Assembly (NCBI GenBank): GCA_051294375.1
Contig: CM119265.1
Span: forward strand, 16,714,126-16,778,125
Direction: 5' to 3'
DNA: 64,000 nt
Source of the DNA: Paraspadella gotoi
Lineage: Eukaryota; Animalia; Chaetognatha
The notes beneath the pieces were generated by a model, which saw nothing but the letters and a program-made list of their open reading frames with translations, had not been told where the DNA came from and ran no database searches. A program made the position numbers and the translations under genes. Below are positions 52,038-64,000 of the stretch, piece by piece (position 1 is the stretch's first letter; each line of letters begins with the position of its first letter).

Positions 52038-52919
52038 AGAGAGAGCAGTCTCTCAGTTATGCATAGGATTACTTGAACCGTTAAATCCGACGCGTCGAGC
52101 TGACACATTTGGTGAACCACCAAAATTAAGCTTTGCTTGTCGGGTCAAGGCCATGAAGCTATATTTAGAACAGAAAGAAAAAGAGAAACGAGAGAGAGAG
52201 AGAGAGGAGAGAGAGAGAGTAGATTGAGAGTAGAAGAGGATATTCGTGTGATGTTCGACCGTGTACGCTTGAACTCGATTCAAGATGGCGACGAACGTAG
52301 TAATCACGAAGGCTTTCGCCGGTGTCCGTTTCGTGATCTGGTCAATAATAAAACAGCATTAGAGTAAGAGACGACGTCGTCGCGCTTACGATTTGAATGA
52401 TCCGATAAGGAATTTCTTTTTAAACTGTCTGAACATCATAACTGAAAAATTATTATCCCTAAGCTTTGTTGGGCTGAAATAAATATAAAGAAACACTCTT
52501 GATGTGTTCTCTCTCCACGAGAGATCGTTGTAGTAAAAGCGAGAAGATTGTACGCCTCTGAAGGTGAACGAAACAGAGTATTCTAATGTCAAAAACCGAT
52601 TATAACTTTATGACATCAATCCAGAAATGTGAGAACTGTAACTTATTTTGTAAAATATGTAGGATAAGTACGGAGCTATTTGATGTAATAGATATAAAAA
52701 TGTTTCTCTAATTTAAAATAAGTGTTTTTTAATTACGAAAAAAGTAATACTCTTTCGGTCGCGCTGAATCCTATAACATTTAAATAACCAGATATCTGTC
52801 AAACGCGTGCAATATGTAAATGAGTATTTTGGTCACTTTGTTTGTCTTTTTTCTATTTAAATCACTCTCGACTGGCGAGTGAGTAAGAGAAGAGAGTGAG
52901 AGAGAGAGAGAGAGCGAGA

Positions 52920-52955
<36 letters not shown>

Positions 52956-53244
52956 AGAGAGAATTAGAGCAGAAAGAAGTCAGCAACGATCCATAGCCGG
53001 GTTGTCAAGGGTTAATCCGCCTCGCCGAACGCCCCCGCAAATAGATGTGATAAAAGAATAAAGACGAAGTGCCGTCATGAATATATCTCGAGCGAAAATT
53101 TCCGCGCCGCGCTAATTTCGGCCGTTATTTCCCGGCTTCTCGCTCCTTCCTAAGAAAGTTTAAGATGTGTGGCGTCTCGATGACATCCGGGTGAGGGACA
53201 GGGAACGAATGACATCCGGGTGCTACAGAGAGAGAGAGAGAGAA

Positions 53245-53306
<62 letters not shown>

Positions 53307-54380
53307 AGGATGAGAGGTAGAGAGAGAGAAGAGAGATCCGTGATTTAAATGAACTGGGCTACGGGAAAGCGAGCGAAATAAAAATATATTTCACAATTAA
53401 GAGAGAAATCAATATCATCGCAGAGTTCGAAGCGGGGAAGTCTCTCTCCTCATCCTCTCCATCTTCCTCTCTCTCTCTCTCTCTCGTCTCTCTTGTCGCT
53501 CTCTCATCGAATCGAAAAAAGCGTACGCGTCGTCGGTTGAGCGAAAACAAACTTCCGCCGTTTTCTCGTTTAACTTTCCAGTTCGCATGCGCAGATGGAT
53601 ATATAAAAAGAATCATAGACGCAGAAGTTTTTTGCTTTTTGTTTGAGATTTTTTTCATATTTGAATGAGACAACAGCGAGAGAAGCGAATCATTTTTCTC
53701 TCGAGACGAAGACATTTTTTTGATTCGTCGTTAAAATCGATAAAAGTCGTCGGTTGAAAAACCGTCAGAGTTTTTAACGCGTCTGTTCTTATCGAAAGCC
53801 ACATCGCGTCGCGGATATATTTCAACGAAAAAATTGTATATATTATGAAAAATCTCACGGAAAGACCCGCTCCATGGGAAACAAATGCTGCCACTAAGCG
53901 AGTACCTTCTAATTCGGAGCGTTAATTGCAGAACAGTCTCTCGATTGTCCGTGCTCTTTCGCGTGTGTGGTAATTAAATTAGTTTCAGCGCCGATTCCGA
54001 TTAACTGATATGAAAGTAGGTTCCAGTCTATCGTCCTTTAGTATTCACGGTTAACGCGGCAAGGTTCAAGTTATATCTCAAGGATGGAAAAGGGTCAACT
54101 GAATCGCTTCTAATTCAATATATTGGCAAAAATTTATTTCGTTCTGGAAGATTTTGAATCTCAGCTTTCGACTTTTTTTCCTTCTTTTTCTTCACGGCGA
54201 GTTTCTATTCTAATTTTTCTATTTTTTTCCTCTTTCTTTCTCAATTTTCTATTTTCTTGGAGCTTTCTCCTTTCATTTTCTCTTTTCACTCATGCTTCCT
54301 CTTTTTTTCCCTTATCCTTCAGGTCAAAACGTCTGGCGACCGTTCTTATTTTTTTCCCCCTCTTTTATTTATTCGTTCTC

Positions 54381-54428
<48 letters not shown>

Positions 54429-54480
54429 CGCCTTCCTCTCTCTCTCTTCTCTCTCTCTGCGATATGCCGCTCTCTCATCT

Positions 54481-54539
<59 letters not shown>

Positions 54540-55050
54540 GTCTCTCTCTTTTCTTTTTCAGTTTAGTATAGTTCATTCGTCAGGGTCCTTTACTAACCTT
54601 CAACAACGCGCTGCTCTCTTCCTTTCACACGCGAGCCACGCCCACTCGATAGTCACGTGTCACTTCTCCTTTCGCCTTCCGTAGACGTCGACCGTGACTT
54701 ATTCTCGCCAACTACGTTGGTGACGTCGCAGGGCGGGATTTGAGCGGCAAACGGCTGGAGGAAAGCTCCGAAGGCCTTGGACGCGACATTGCAAGAAATT
54801 GTAACGTAACTAACGTTAGCTAAAGATTTACTATACGACATGAAAAATACTAATCTACAGCCATCACCGTCCACTACTCTACCTCGCCCAGCACGCTCCA
54901 GACAGCACCCGCAGAGATGGCGGCGTTCGGTGCGCGAGATGGCACGGGGGCGCAGCGGCGCGGCGCTGCTCACGGCGAGAGGAGGCACCGCGACTTCTGG
55001 GTTCGCCAGAAGGTCTGCGCATATAATCACAAATGGGCCATCGTCGGCAA
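49310..55050. repeat. Indel-rich inverted duplication: 49310-49780 vs 54535-55050
   Basis: e.g. TAGTAAATCTTTA..CGCGTCCAAG..TGACACGTGACT..GTGTGAAAGGAAGAGAGCAGCG is found as the reverse complement at 54610-54833. Confidence 0.8.
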
Positions 55051-55061
55051 CTCTCTCTCTG

Positions 55062-55097
<36 letters not shown>

Positions 55098-55863
55098 TTC
55101 GTGTGATTTGCGACCGTGACGCGTGAAACTCGATTCAAGATGGCGACGAACGTAATCACGAGGCTTTCGCCGGTGCGTTTCGTGATCTGGTCAATAATAA
55201 ACAGCATTAAGTAGAGACGACGTCGTCCGCTTACGGTTTGATGATTCCTCGATAGGGAATTTCTTTTTTAAACTGTCTGAACATCATGAACTGAAAAATT
55301 ATTATTCCCAAGCTTTGCTTGGGCTGAAATAAATAAAGAAACACTCTTTGAGTGTTCCTCTCCACGGAAATCTTTAGTAAAAGGCGAAAGATTTGTACGC
55401 TCTGAAGAGAAACCAGAGTTACTTATGTCAAAACCGATTATAACTTATATGACACAACAAAATTAGAGAACTTAAACTTATTTGTAAAATATGGTTAGGA
55501 TAAGTTACGACTATTTTGATGAATAGATATAAAATGTTTCTCTAATTTAAAATAAGTTGTTTTAATTACGAGAAAAGATACTCTTTCGGTCGCGCTGATC
55601 CTATAACATTTTAAATAACCAGATATCTGTCAAACGCTGCAATATGTAAATGAGATTTTGGTCACTTGTTTTTTTTTCTATTTAAACACTCTCGACTGGC
55701 GAGTGAGAGAGAGAGGAGAGGGATGAGAGGACGAGAGAGAGTGGGAAAAGGAGGGGAGAGAGAGAGAGAGAAGAGAGAAGGAGGAAGGATGAGAGGAGGG
55801 GAGAGAGAGGGAAGAGAGAGGAGAGAAGAGGAGGAGGGAGGAAGGAGAAAGAGGGAAGGAAGA

Positions 55864-55928
<65 letters not shown>

Positions 55929-56759
55929 AAGAGGAGAGAGAGAGAGGAGAGAGAGAGGAGATTAGAGGCAGAAAGAGTCAGCACCATCCATGCCGGTATA
56001 ATTCAACGGTAATCCCGCCCTTCCGCGAACGCTCCCCGCCAAATAGTGATAAAAAAGAGATAATATAAGACCGAAGTTGCCGTCATGAAATAACGCGAAG
56101 CAAATTCCGCGCCGCCGCTAATTCCGGCGCCGTTTTTTCCCGCTTCCGCCTCCTACGAATTTAACAACGTCGTGCCGTTCTCGATGATCATTCCGGGTGA
56201 GGACAGGAACGGAATGCATCCGGTCGTGCTCAGAAAAGAGAGGGCGAAAGAAGAGAAGCGAGGGGAGAGCGGCTATCGTATCGTTTCGCACATGCCAGAT
56301 CACGACGGGTGTTATCGAGACCTTTTCGACGCGGCTATCTTACGAGCCATGTATTCCTGGTCTACCGTCAAACATGTCGCACGAGTTGCAGAGGCGCGGG
56401 CGCGGTCGGGATCCACGGGCGCGCTCTTTGTTTGCTCGCCGGAGACGAGCTACGACGTGTGTAGGTCGGACTGCCGATCAAGCGGGGAGGTTATTTCAGC
56501 AGATCATGGTGTGGAGCGGGGGTATCCTCGCTGGCTTCGCCCCTACGCGATAATGCGTCCATCCAGGCCAACCCGACGTTCAAACGCTGCCGCTTTTGGA
56601 AGTTCGGACGTAGTCGGTATTGTCGAGAAGGCGCCGTGCCAGATCTGGCGTGAGAGAGTTAGTAGGGCGCTGCAGACGCCGCTTGCCCACCGAGAAGGTT
56701 TTTCTTCGCGAAATCGCCTCGGATCAAGTTTCTGGTCAGCCGGTCAACGCCGGCCTTAG

Positions 56760-58945
56760 ATCCGATGCGCGCCGACAGCCCTCGCTTCGTTGTAACGTTC
56801 GTCAAGTTTCAAAGCGTCGAAGTCCAACTTGCAAGGCGCGAAAAGAGCGTCAAGAAGGCCGCTACTCGTTCAAGAGTCGGGAGAACGAGGCGAGGAACAG
56901 GGGAGCCAAGCGCTTAGCGAAAGAATGCGGGTTTCTTCCGCGAGCAGGGCCGCGCCTCGTTCCGGACTGGCAGGCCCTCTTCAAATCGATTGTCAGGTCG
57001 GGCCGACCCTCTCCAATTTTGAGGACGAAAAACATTTCGGGCTTCAAGTCGCGAATTGCGGAGGCGAATCCCAAACCCGTCGTTCCTCCCCTGCCGACGC
57101 GGAGAACGCCAGTCTTATCGCGGAGAGGAGGGACGACGAGCGGGTCGAAGCGGAAATACGTGACCGCCGTCCTTGGAGGAAGGGTGAGGCGGAATCGAGG
57201 AGGTAGAGGCACTCTCCGGGGTTGTATTACTCCAGGATCCATTCCTTGTACCGAAGGAGGATGGAGGGGGTGGAGGCCATTTTCTTCAACCTGAAGCGTC
57301 TCAACGCCGAGCTTTTCTCTCACCTCCGTAGATTTCCGCTTGGAAGGGGTCAAGGACATCAGGAAGATGTTTTCGACGGGAGAGATTGGGGCGCCTCAAT
57401 CGGAACCTACGCGGAACGCTTTATCTCCCCCTTCCGTCTTCACGAGGAGCATCGAAGATACAGTTTTGTCGATTCATTTGGAAGGTCGGATCTTCCAGTA
57501 CAAGCGTTCTTCCTTCTTTGGCCGACGGAGCCCGTGGCTCTTCACGAATAGACAAAACGCGCCCGCTAGTTCAATGGCTGAAGCAGAGAGGCAATTTCGT
57601 GTCCTGCTTCTATATCGGCCGGACATCTCATGCGGCGAGACTCATCGAGAGAGCAGGGTGTCACCAAGCGACGTTGAAGGGCGGTCCAGACTGCTACTTG
57701 GAGGCGGGGTTTCATTCGCTCCACCGGGAAGAAGTCGAGCCTGACTCCCTATACAGTCCTTCGATTTCCGTTGGTTTTCATTGGGAACTCGGTCAAGCTT
57801 CATCAGATCTCGCTTTCCGACCGCCCCAAGTTGGGAATCGATCCGGGAAGTGTTAGCGACTATTCACTCCCTCTCGTCGTCTCTCCCAGGCCGAGCGCGG
57901 GTTTAGTCCTTCAGTTTCTGCGGACACCAGCCACGGGCAGGCACGCTCAGCAGATTCGCTTTCCGTTGCCACTCCGACCCGGATTCAAAGAACGGCGAAA
58001 CCGCGTCTACCATCCGAGAAGGATCTCGATCGGACCCGAACGCATGTTAGACGCTTCAGCGCGCAGGGGAGGCAGCTAGGAGTGTGTCAGTCGCTTCGCC
58101 TGGAGGACTGCGTCGCGCCGAGTGGACGATCTGCTCCCAGAACGTTGCGCCCACGTGAGTTGACGACGGATGCCTCGCAGGAGGGTATGGGGCATCCTTT
58201 TCCAGGGAGAGCTCACCAGAGGGGACCTGGGAGGCTGCAGATGTCCATCACCATATCAATGAGAAGCAGGTTCATTGTGTTGGAAGAGTATTCCTCTCTC
58301 GATTCGGGCAGCCTCTAGAAGGAAAATACGAATTCCTTTTGGTGATAGGCGGCGACAGTCATGAGGGTGTCGTTTGCTCTGTCTCCAGCGCACGGTGCAG
58401 GCCGTGATCGACGGAGCTACACGAGGTTTCCGGGAGTCTCCTGGAGCTAAGATCGGCCCATACCTGGGGATCCGTGAATCACCGGGAAGTCACCTGTCTC
58501 AGAGGAGAAACTTAGTGACGGATTGCGGCGTCGGGGAACGCCTTAGATTGCGGGGAATGGGCATCTCCTTTCCACGGAATCTGTGCACGTCAGAATCTGC
58601 GAGAACCTTCGGCACTCCCTTGCGCGAGTCGATTTTTTGCGAACGAAGGACTCGACGAGCGTGCGCCGTTTCTTCTTCTTGGGAGCGGAGGCGCCAACGG
58701 AGGCGTGTGGGACGCCCAGAGCTCGCCCAAGATTTGGATCTTATCGGGGCATTTCTGACTTTCTCCACCCACCTTCCTCCCGAGCGTCATCCGGGAGAGA
58801 AGCTGGAAGTCGTCGGGAGACTTCCTTCTGATCGAGCCCCTTTCTGCCAGCCAGAAGTGGTTCCCGTCGTTGTTTGAGACCTGAAGATTCTTGGGGCCTG
58901 ACGGTTCCGGTCCCGAGGAGAGAGAACGGGGGGGGGGGAGAGCAG
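56760..58945 (+). mobile_element. Heavily frameshifted Ty3/Gypsy-type pol remnant
   Basis: Collinear fragments in RT-RH-IN order: AGCHQ (cf. GYHQ, ~57660), ISIGPER (RT thumb, ~58025), LTTDASQEGMG (RNase H, ~58160), YLGI (IN zinc finger, ~58460), PSDRAPF (IN core, ~58825), then a purine tract at 58917-58943. Confidence 0.68.
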
Positions 58946-60454
58946 GACAGAGCCGTTCATCGGACGCGTACAGCACAGACCCCGCCGACCGCAAAGAGAG
59001 AGAGACCGACCGTCTCAAAGCTGGTCGGTGATATGGCAGATTTATACAGGCGAGGAGAGAAGAGAGAGAGAGAGAGATGCAGAGAGAGAGAGAGAGATCC
59101 CGTGTGATTAATGCGTGAACTGCTACGGACGAGAGGCGAAGCGATAAAAATCCTCATTCCACAACTCAAAAGAGAAATCATTCATCTCACGCAGCGAGTC
59201 GACCGGATGTCCTCTTCTCTCATCTCTCTCTCCTACTCCGTTCCCGTACAGCCTGGAAGAGGCTCGACGCTCCCAACTCCTGAGACTTCTTCTGCCTCGA
59301 GCCTGTCACCTCCTTCTTGCTCTTTCCTTCAATGTACGAGTTCGAGGACTTGATTGCGTCTCTTGAAGGCTCATTGTTCTGGCTCTCTCTCTCTCTCTTT
59401 CAGTACCTATCCCATCATACGTTGGCGTTGTGTCCTTGTCGAATTACAGCACGGAGTGAACCGTTCAAATAAAAGCGACGCGTCTCAGGAATTTCGGCCA
59501 CCCTTGCCGGCACAGGGTTCGTACTCGGTGGGGAACACCCCCCTCCGTATCGACGTCGTTTCTCAACGGGGACCTGGTCGGACGTCGGTAGGTAGCCCGC
59601 GTACTCGAGCACGAGCGGAATAAGTCTTCACTCCTTGTGCCGCGTGGTCTTCGTTTCTCGGTTACTTTCCATTCGCATCGCAGATGGAATATAAAGAATC
59701 ATAGACGCAGAGTTTTTCCTTTTTTTGAGATTTGTTTTCATTTGATGAGACAACAGCGAGAGAAGCGAATCATTTTTCTCTCGAGACGACATTTTTTGAT
59801 TCGTCGTTAAAATCGATAAAAGTCGTCGGTTGAAAACCGTTCAGAGTTTTTACGCGTCTGTTCGTATCGAAAGCCACATCGCGTCGCGGATATATTTCAA
59901 CGAAAAATTGTATATATGTATGAAATAATCTTCACGGAAAGACCCGCTCCATGGGAAACAAAATGCTGCCTAAGCGAGTACCTTTCTATTCCGGATGTTA
60001 ATTGCAGAACAGTCTCTCGATGTCTGCTTTCGGTGTTGTGGTAATTAATTAGTTTCAGCGCCGAGTCGATTAACTGATATGAAAGTAGGTTCCAGTCTAT
60101 CGTCTTTAGTATTCACGGTTAACGCGGCAAGGTTCAGTTAGTATCTCAAGGATGGAAAGGTCAATGACGCTTCTAATTCAATATATTGCAAAAATTTATT
60201 TCGTTCTGGAAGATTTTGATCTCAGCTTTCGACTTTTTTTCCTTCTTTTTCTTCGCGATTTCTCATCTAATTTTTCTATTTTTTTCCTTCTTTCTTTTTC
60301 TCCTTTTTCTATTTTCTTGGAGTTTCTCCTTTCATTTTCTCTTTTCACTCAATGCTCCTCTTTTTTTCCCTTATCCTTCAGTCAAAACGTCTGCGACCGA
60401 TTTTCTTATTTTTTTCCCCCTCTTTTATTTATTTATCTCTCTCTCTCTCTCTTC

Positions 60455-60503
<49 letters not shown>

Positions 60504-60512
60504 TTCTCTCTC

Positions 60513-60572
<60 letters not shown>

Positions 60573-61199
60573 ATCTCTCTCTCTCTCTCTCTCGTTCGTT
60601 TATCGGAGTTTCAACTTTTTCCCGCGCAACTATGGAAACCATGGAAACCATGGAAACGTCGAGCGGAGAAATTTAATCATTTCTCTTTTGTTTTTCGTTT
60701 CTTTTCGTCGCGAAAGCGAAAAGATGAAAGACGTTTCTTCATAAAGCGTTACTACCGCTGCGAGCGCGGCTGGCAGGGGACGGCGGGGCGGGAACGAATC
60801 GGGAGGGAATTCGATAATGGGCGAAATTTTAATTAATTCTTTTTATAAAAAAAAAAAAAAATTAAATTAGGTCTATTACTCAAATGGACCTAATGGAGAG
60901 GGTTCCATAACGTACAAAAGTCATTTCATTTGGAAATGCTGTTCGATTATTCTTCAATTTAAAATTTTAATCTTCTCTCCGTACTTCTTATTTAAAAGTT
61001 TTAATAAATAAAATATATATTCATTTTCTACTCATACTCGCGGTTCTTATTTTCTTTCCAGCCCTCACCGCCTGCCTTCGAATCTTTCCTTTCCCAATCT
61101 CGGAATTTCAATATTGGATTAATTGTTGGTTTTGATTAATTTTCATTTCAAGAAAACGAAAGGAAAATGAAACACTATGTGCACATGTGGTTCGAGAAA

Positions 61200-61234
<35 letters not shown>

Positions 61235-61459
61235 NNNNNNNNNNNNNNNNNNNNNNNNNNNNNNNNNNNNNNNNNNNNNNNNNNNNNNNNNNNNNNNNNN
61301 NNNNNNNNNNNNNNNNNNNNNNNNNNNNNNNNNNNNNNNNNNNNNNNNNNNNNNNNNNNNNNNNNNNNNNNNNNNNNNNNNNNNNNNNNNNNNNNNNNNN
61401 NNNNNNNNNNNNNNNNNNNNNNNNNNNNNNNNNNNNNNNNNNNNNNNNNNNNNNNNNNN
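61235..61459. other. Assembly gap (other gaps at 47454-47463 and 51871-51895)
   Basis: Runs of N; this one is flanked by CT/AG microsatellites. Confidence 1.
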
Positions 61460-62113
61460 AGAGAGAGAGAGAGCGGAAATCGTTAAGTATATAGGCGCGC
61501 GGGAGGAAAAAACTTTTCCCCGCCTTTTTTTCTTTCTCGATTTTCTTTTCTCTTGCGAAAGTTTCCGTCTTTTCGAACCTTTACTATACACTTTTTTAAA
61601 GCGATTCAAAAAGAATTTGTTCTTTGAAACTTTATATGCACATTGCACAATATATACTATAAATAGATACATATTATTATTTTTATTATTTATGTTATTT
61701 ATAACCAAGACCACATTAGAACATTAATAATTGACTAATTATTATTCCCAAGCTTTGCTTGGGCTGGAATAAATAAACACTTTTAGAGTGCATAAAAAAA
61801 TCAACATGACACCGTATCACACGGCTGTTATAAGTTATATGAGACAAAGAAATTAGAGACGCTGTATTTAGCTGTATAATATAATATAATACGGTTTTGC
61901 CAAGTTACAACTATTTTGATAAATAGATATAAAATATTCTCTAATTTAAAATAAGTCGTTTTAATTACACGAGAAGATACTATTTTGGTGGCGCTTATCC
62001 TATAAAATTTTAAATAAACGGATAACTGTCAAACGCTGCAATATGTAAATTAGATTTTGTTCACTCGTTTTTTTTTCTATTTAAACACTCTCGTCTGGCG
62101 AGTGAAAAGGAGA

Positions 62114-62198
<85 letters not shown>

Positions 62199-64000
62199 AA
62201 TATATATTATTAAACGTAATTAAGGTCACATTAAAACATTATGAATAGATACGGAACCCAATTGATTTCAAGTCTTTATAGATTTATCATATTGGATCTT
62301 GTATTTAATTAATTACGTTTAACATCATTTCATGATAAAAGGAGTTTAAATATACATTATGTACATAGTTCCTTCTGTTAACAATTAGCTTTTAAAGATA
62401 GAGCTGTGCGAACTGAGCATTGAGCAACCTAGAGCAAGCTAGAGCAAGCTTGCAAACACGGCGCTTGCTAAATTTCTAGCAAATGAGCTCGTTCATACAT
62501 CAATCGTTTTATCCTTTTGTTTCCGTGAGAATGAAAATTGTTTCAGGATCTTTGAGGGTCAAACCCGTCGCTGAGTCTGAGACATTCCGTTTACTTTTCG
62601 CTCTTCTGAGCAGAAATTGGAGAAAAAAACCTTACTAGCCGCCACCGCCGCCACCGCCGCCGCCTCCGCAGTCTCTGCCACCTCCAAGTGGCCACCGAGC
62701 CCCGAGGGCGCCTCCCCCTCCTTTCCTCGAGAAGACTTCGTCGTGGTACTAATACGTGACCATCTGGAACCGTCGCCGCTTTCGTCGCCGACGCCGCCAA
62801 CGCTGCCGCCGCCGCCGACGCCGCCGGCCAACCTCTCCGCCGTCTTCGCTTGGCCGGCCCGACGCTTTTAAGTTCCGCACTGTTGTGATTACTCACTGAA
62901 GGAAAAGACGGAGGAAAAAAAAAAGGAGATGGGGGAGACGAAGGGGCGAGGGGGAAAGAGGGAGGGGACGAGGAAGAGAAGCTTCTCGGGTTAAGTGCGA
63001 TCACGTGAAATGAACGACGAGAAAAGAAGAGAGAAGAGGAGCGAAGTTAGAGTGAGAGACGGTTATTCGACAGGGGGGGGTGGAAAGTTGCAGTACAAAG
63101 GTTAGGGACATCCGCTTCGATTAATAACTCTTTTTTTCCTGCCATGTATCCTATTCTCGTACTGCTTTCAAAGATAACAAAAGGAAATAACATTGTATGT
63201 ATAAAACAAAAGCAAAAATAACTACTAAGACGACGACTTTGAAAACAATAACTTTAGTCGGGACCACCTTCGGAAAAAAAAAAAGGGGAGAGACCTCCGG
63301 CGGGCGTCGTCATCGTCCTTCGCCGTCGCTAAAACGTTTTTGTCACTTTTACGCGCAGTCGCGATTGTTGCCAAGCAACCGTGGCATCTACATATTTGAC
63401 TTTGAATAACACACTCGCCGATCTCGGATTGGCGATATGCGCGTCGCGTCTAATATTTGAACAGGGGACTCTCGCTCAGTCCGTAGATCTGGCCGGCGAG
63501 GCGAGAGAAGGAAGGGAGGAACAAGGCTGACAGAAGAGGCAGTAAAAAAAAGTAGACACTTTTTCAGTTATTTTTTTTTTGTTCGAGACTTGGTCTTTTT
63601 AGTGGGAGCCAAGAAAAAAGACAGAGAGAGCAGTAAAAACTAGTCGTTTTTGTTGTTTTTTTTTTTCTATTCGAATTTTTATCGCTAGTTTTAGTCGTTA
63701 AGTTTTTACAAAGGCTGAATTGAAGTTAAAATTTAAAAGAATACAATTAAGAATGTTGCAGTTACTGTTGTATTCAGCCTTGCAGCAAATTTTGTCGACC
63801 ATTTTCGAAGTTGCAGCACCTCCGTCTCCTTCGTGAGATGTTATATCATGGATTCATATTTATGTATGAGCTTTCCTTCGCAGTCGCGATTAGCAGGCGA
63901 TCAAACTAAATTTGGACGGGCGGAGGCTTTTGAGGCGAACAACGATTCGTCGGTTCCACTCGCGACACCGACTTCCCATTGGTCAATCTTTTCCCCAGCG

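Larger units (their letters stand above)
52235..62110. repeat. Indel-rich direct duplication: ~52235-54400 vs ~55092-56260 + ~59040-60440; third partial copy ~61738-62110
   Basis: Long collinear matches (GATATTCGTGTGAT..CTCGATTCAAGATGGCGACGAACGTA; GACAACAGCGAGAGAAGCGAATCATTTTTCTC) with many 1-bp indels. Confidence 0.85.

Overview
Animal (probably protostome) nuclear DNA with very short introns, in two contrasting halves. 1-27 kb is gene-dense: eleven consecutive minus-strand genes (B3GALT6, WDR12, RPS20 x2, DAP3, ARHGAP1/RhoGAP68F-like, INTS14, a minimal intronless POU2 factor, THOC1, XAB2, SDAD1). Ten of them have a 3' splice acceptor just before the ATG, and several lie only ~100-140 bp from the upstream stop, an architecture suggesting an SL-trans-spliced operon. 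An SLCO4-like transporter is nested antisense in an SDAD1 intron, and four GC-AG introns are inferred. 27-64 kb is gene-poor and (AG)n-rich, with a TTC29-like gene, a decayed Ty3/Gypsy pol and noisy duplications that are probably assembly artefacts. Main finding: three + strand sequences fit the twister ribozyme consensus by hand alignment, with covarying pseudoknot pairs. One is in the LTR of a 1.09-kb non-coding TRIM-like element (4-bp TSD) in an ARHGAP1 intron, i.e. a candidate animal twister-based LTR retrozyme. One directly follows a tRNA-like SINE head. One is degenerate. All calls are by eye; no searches were run.
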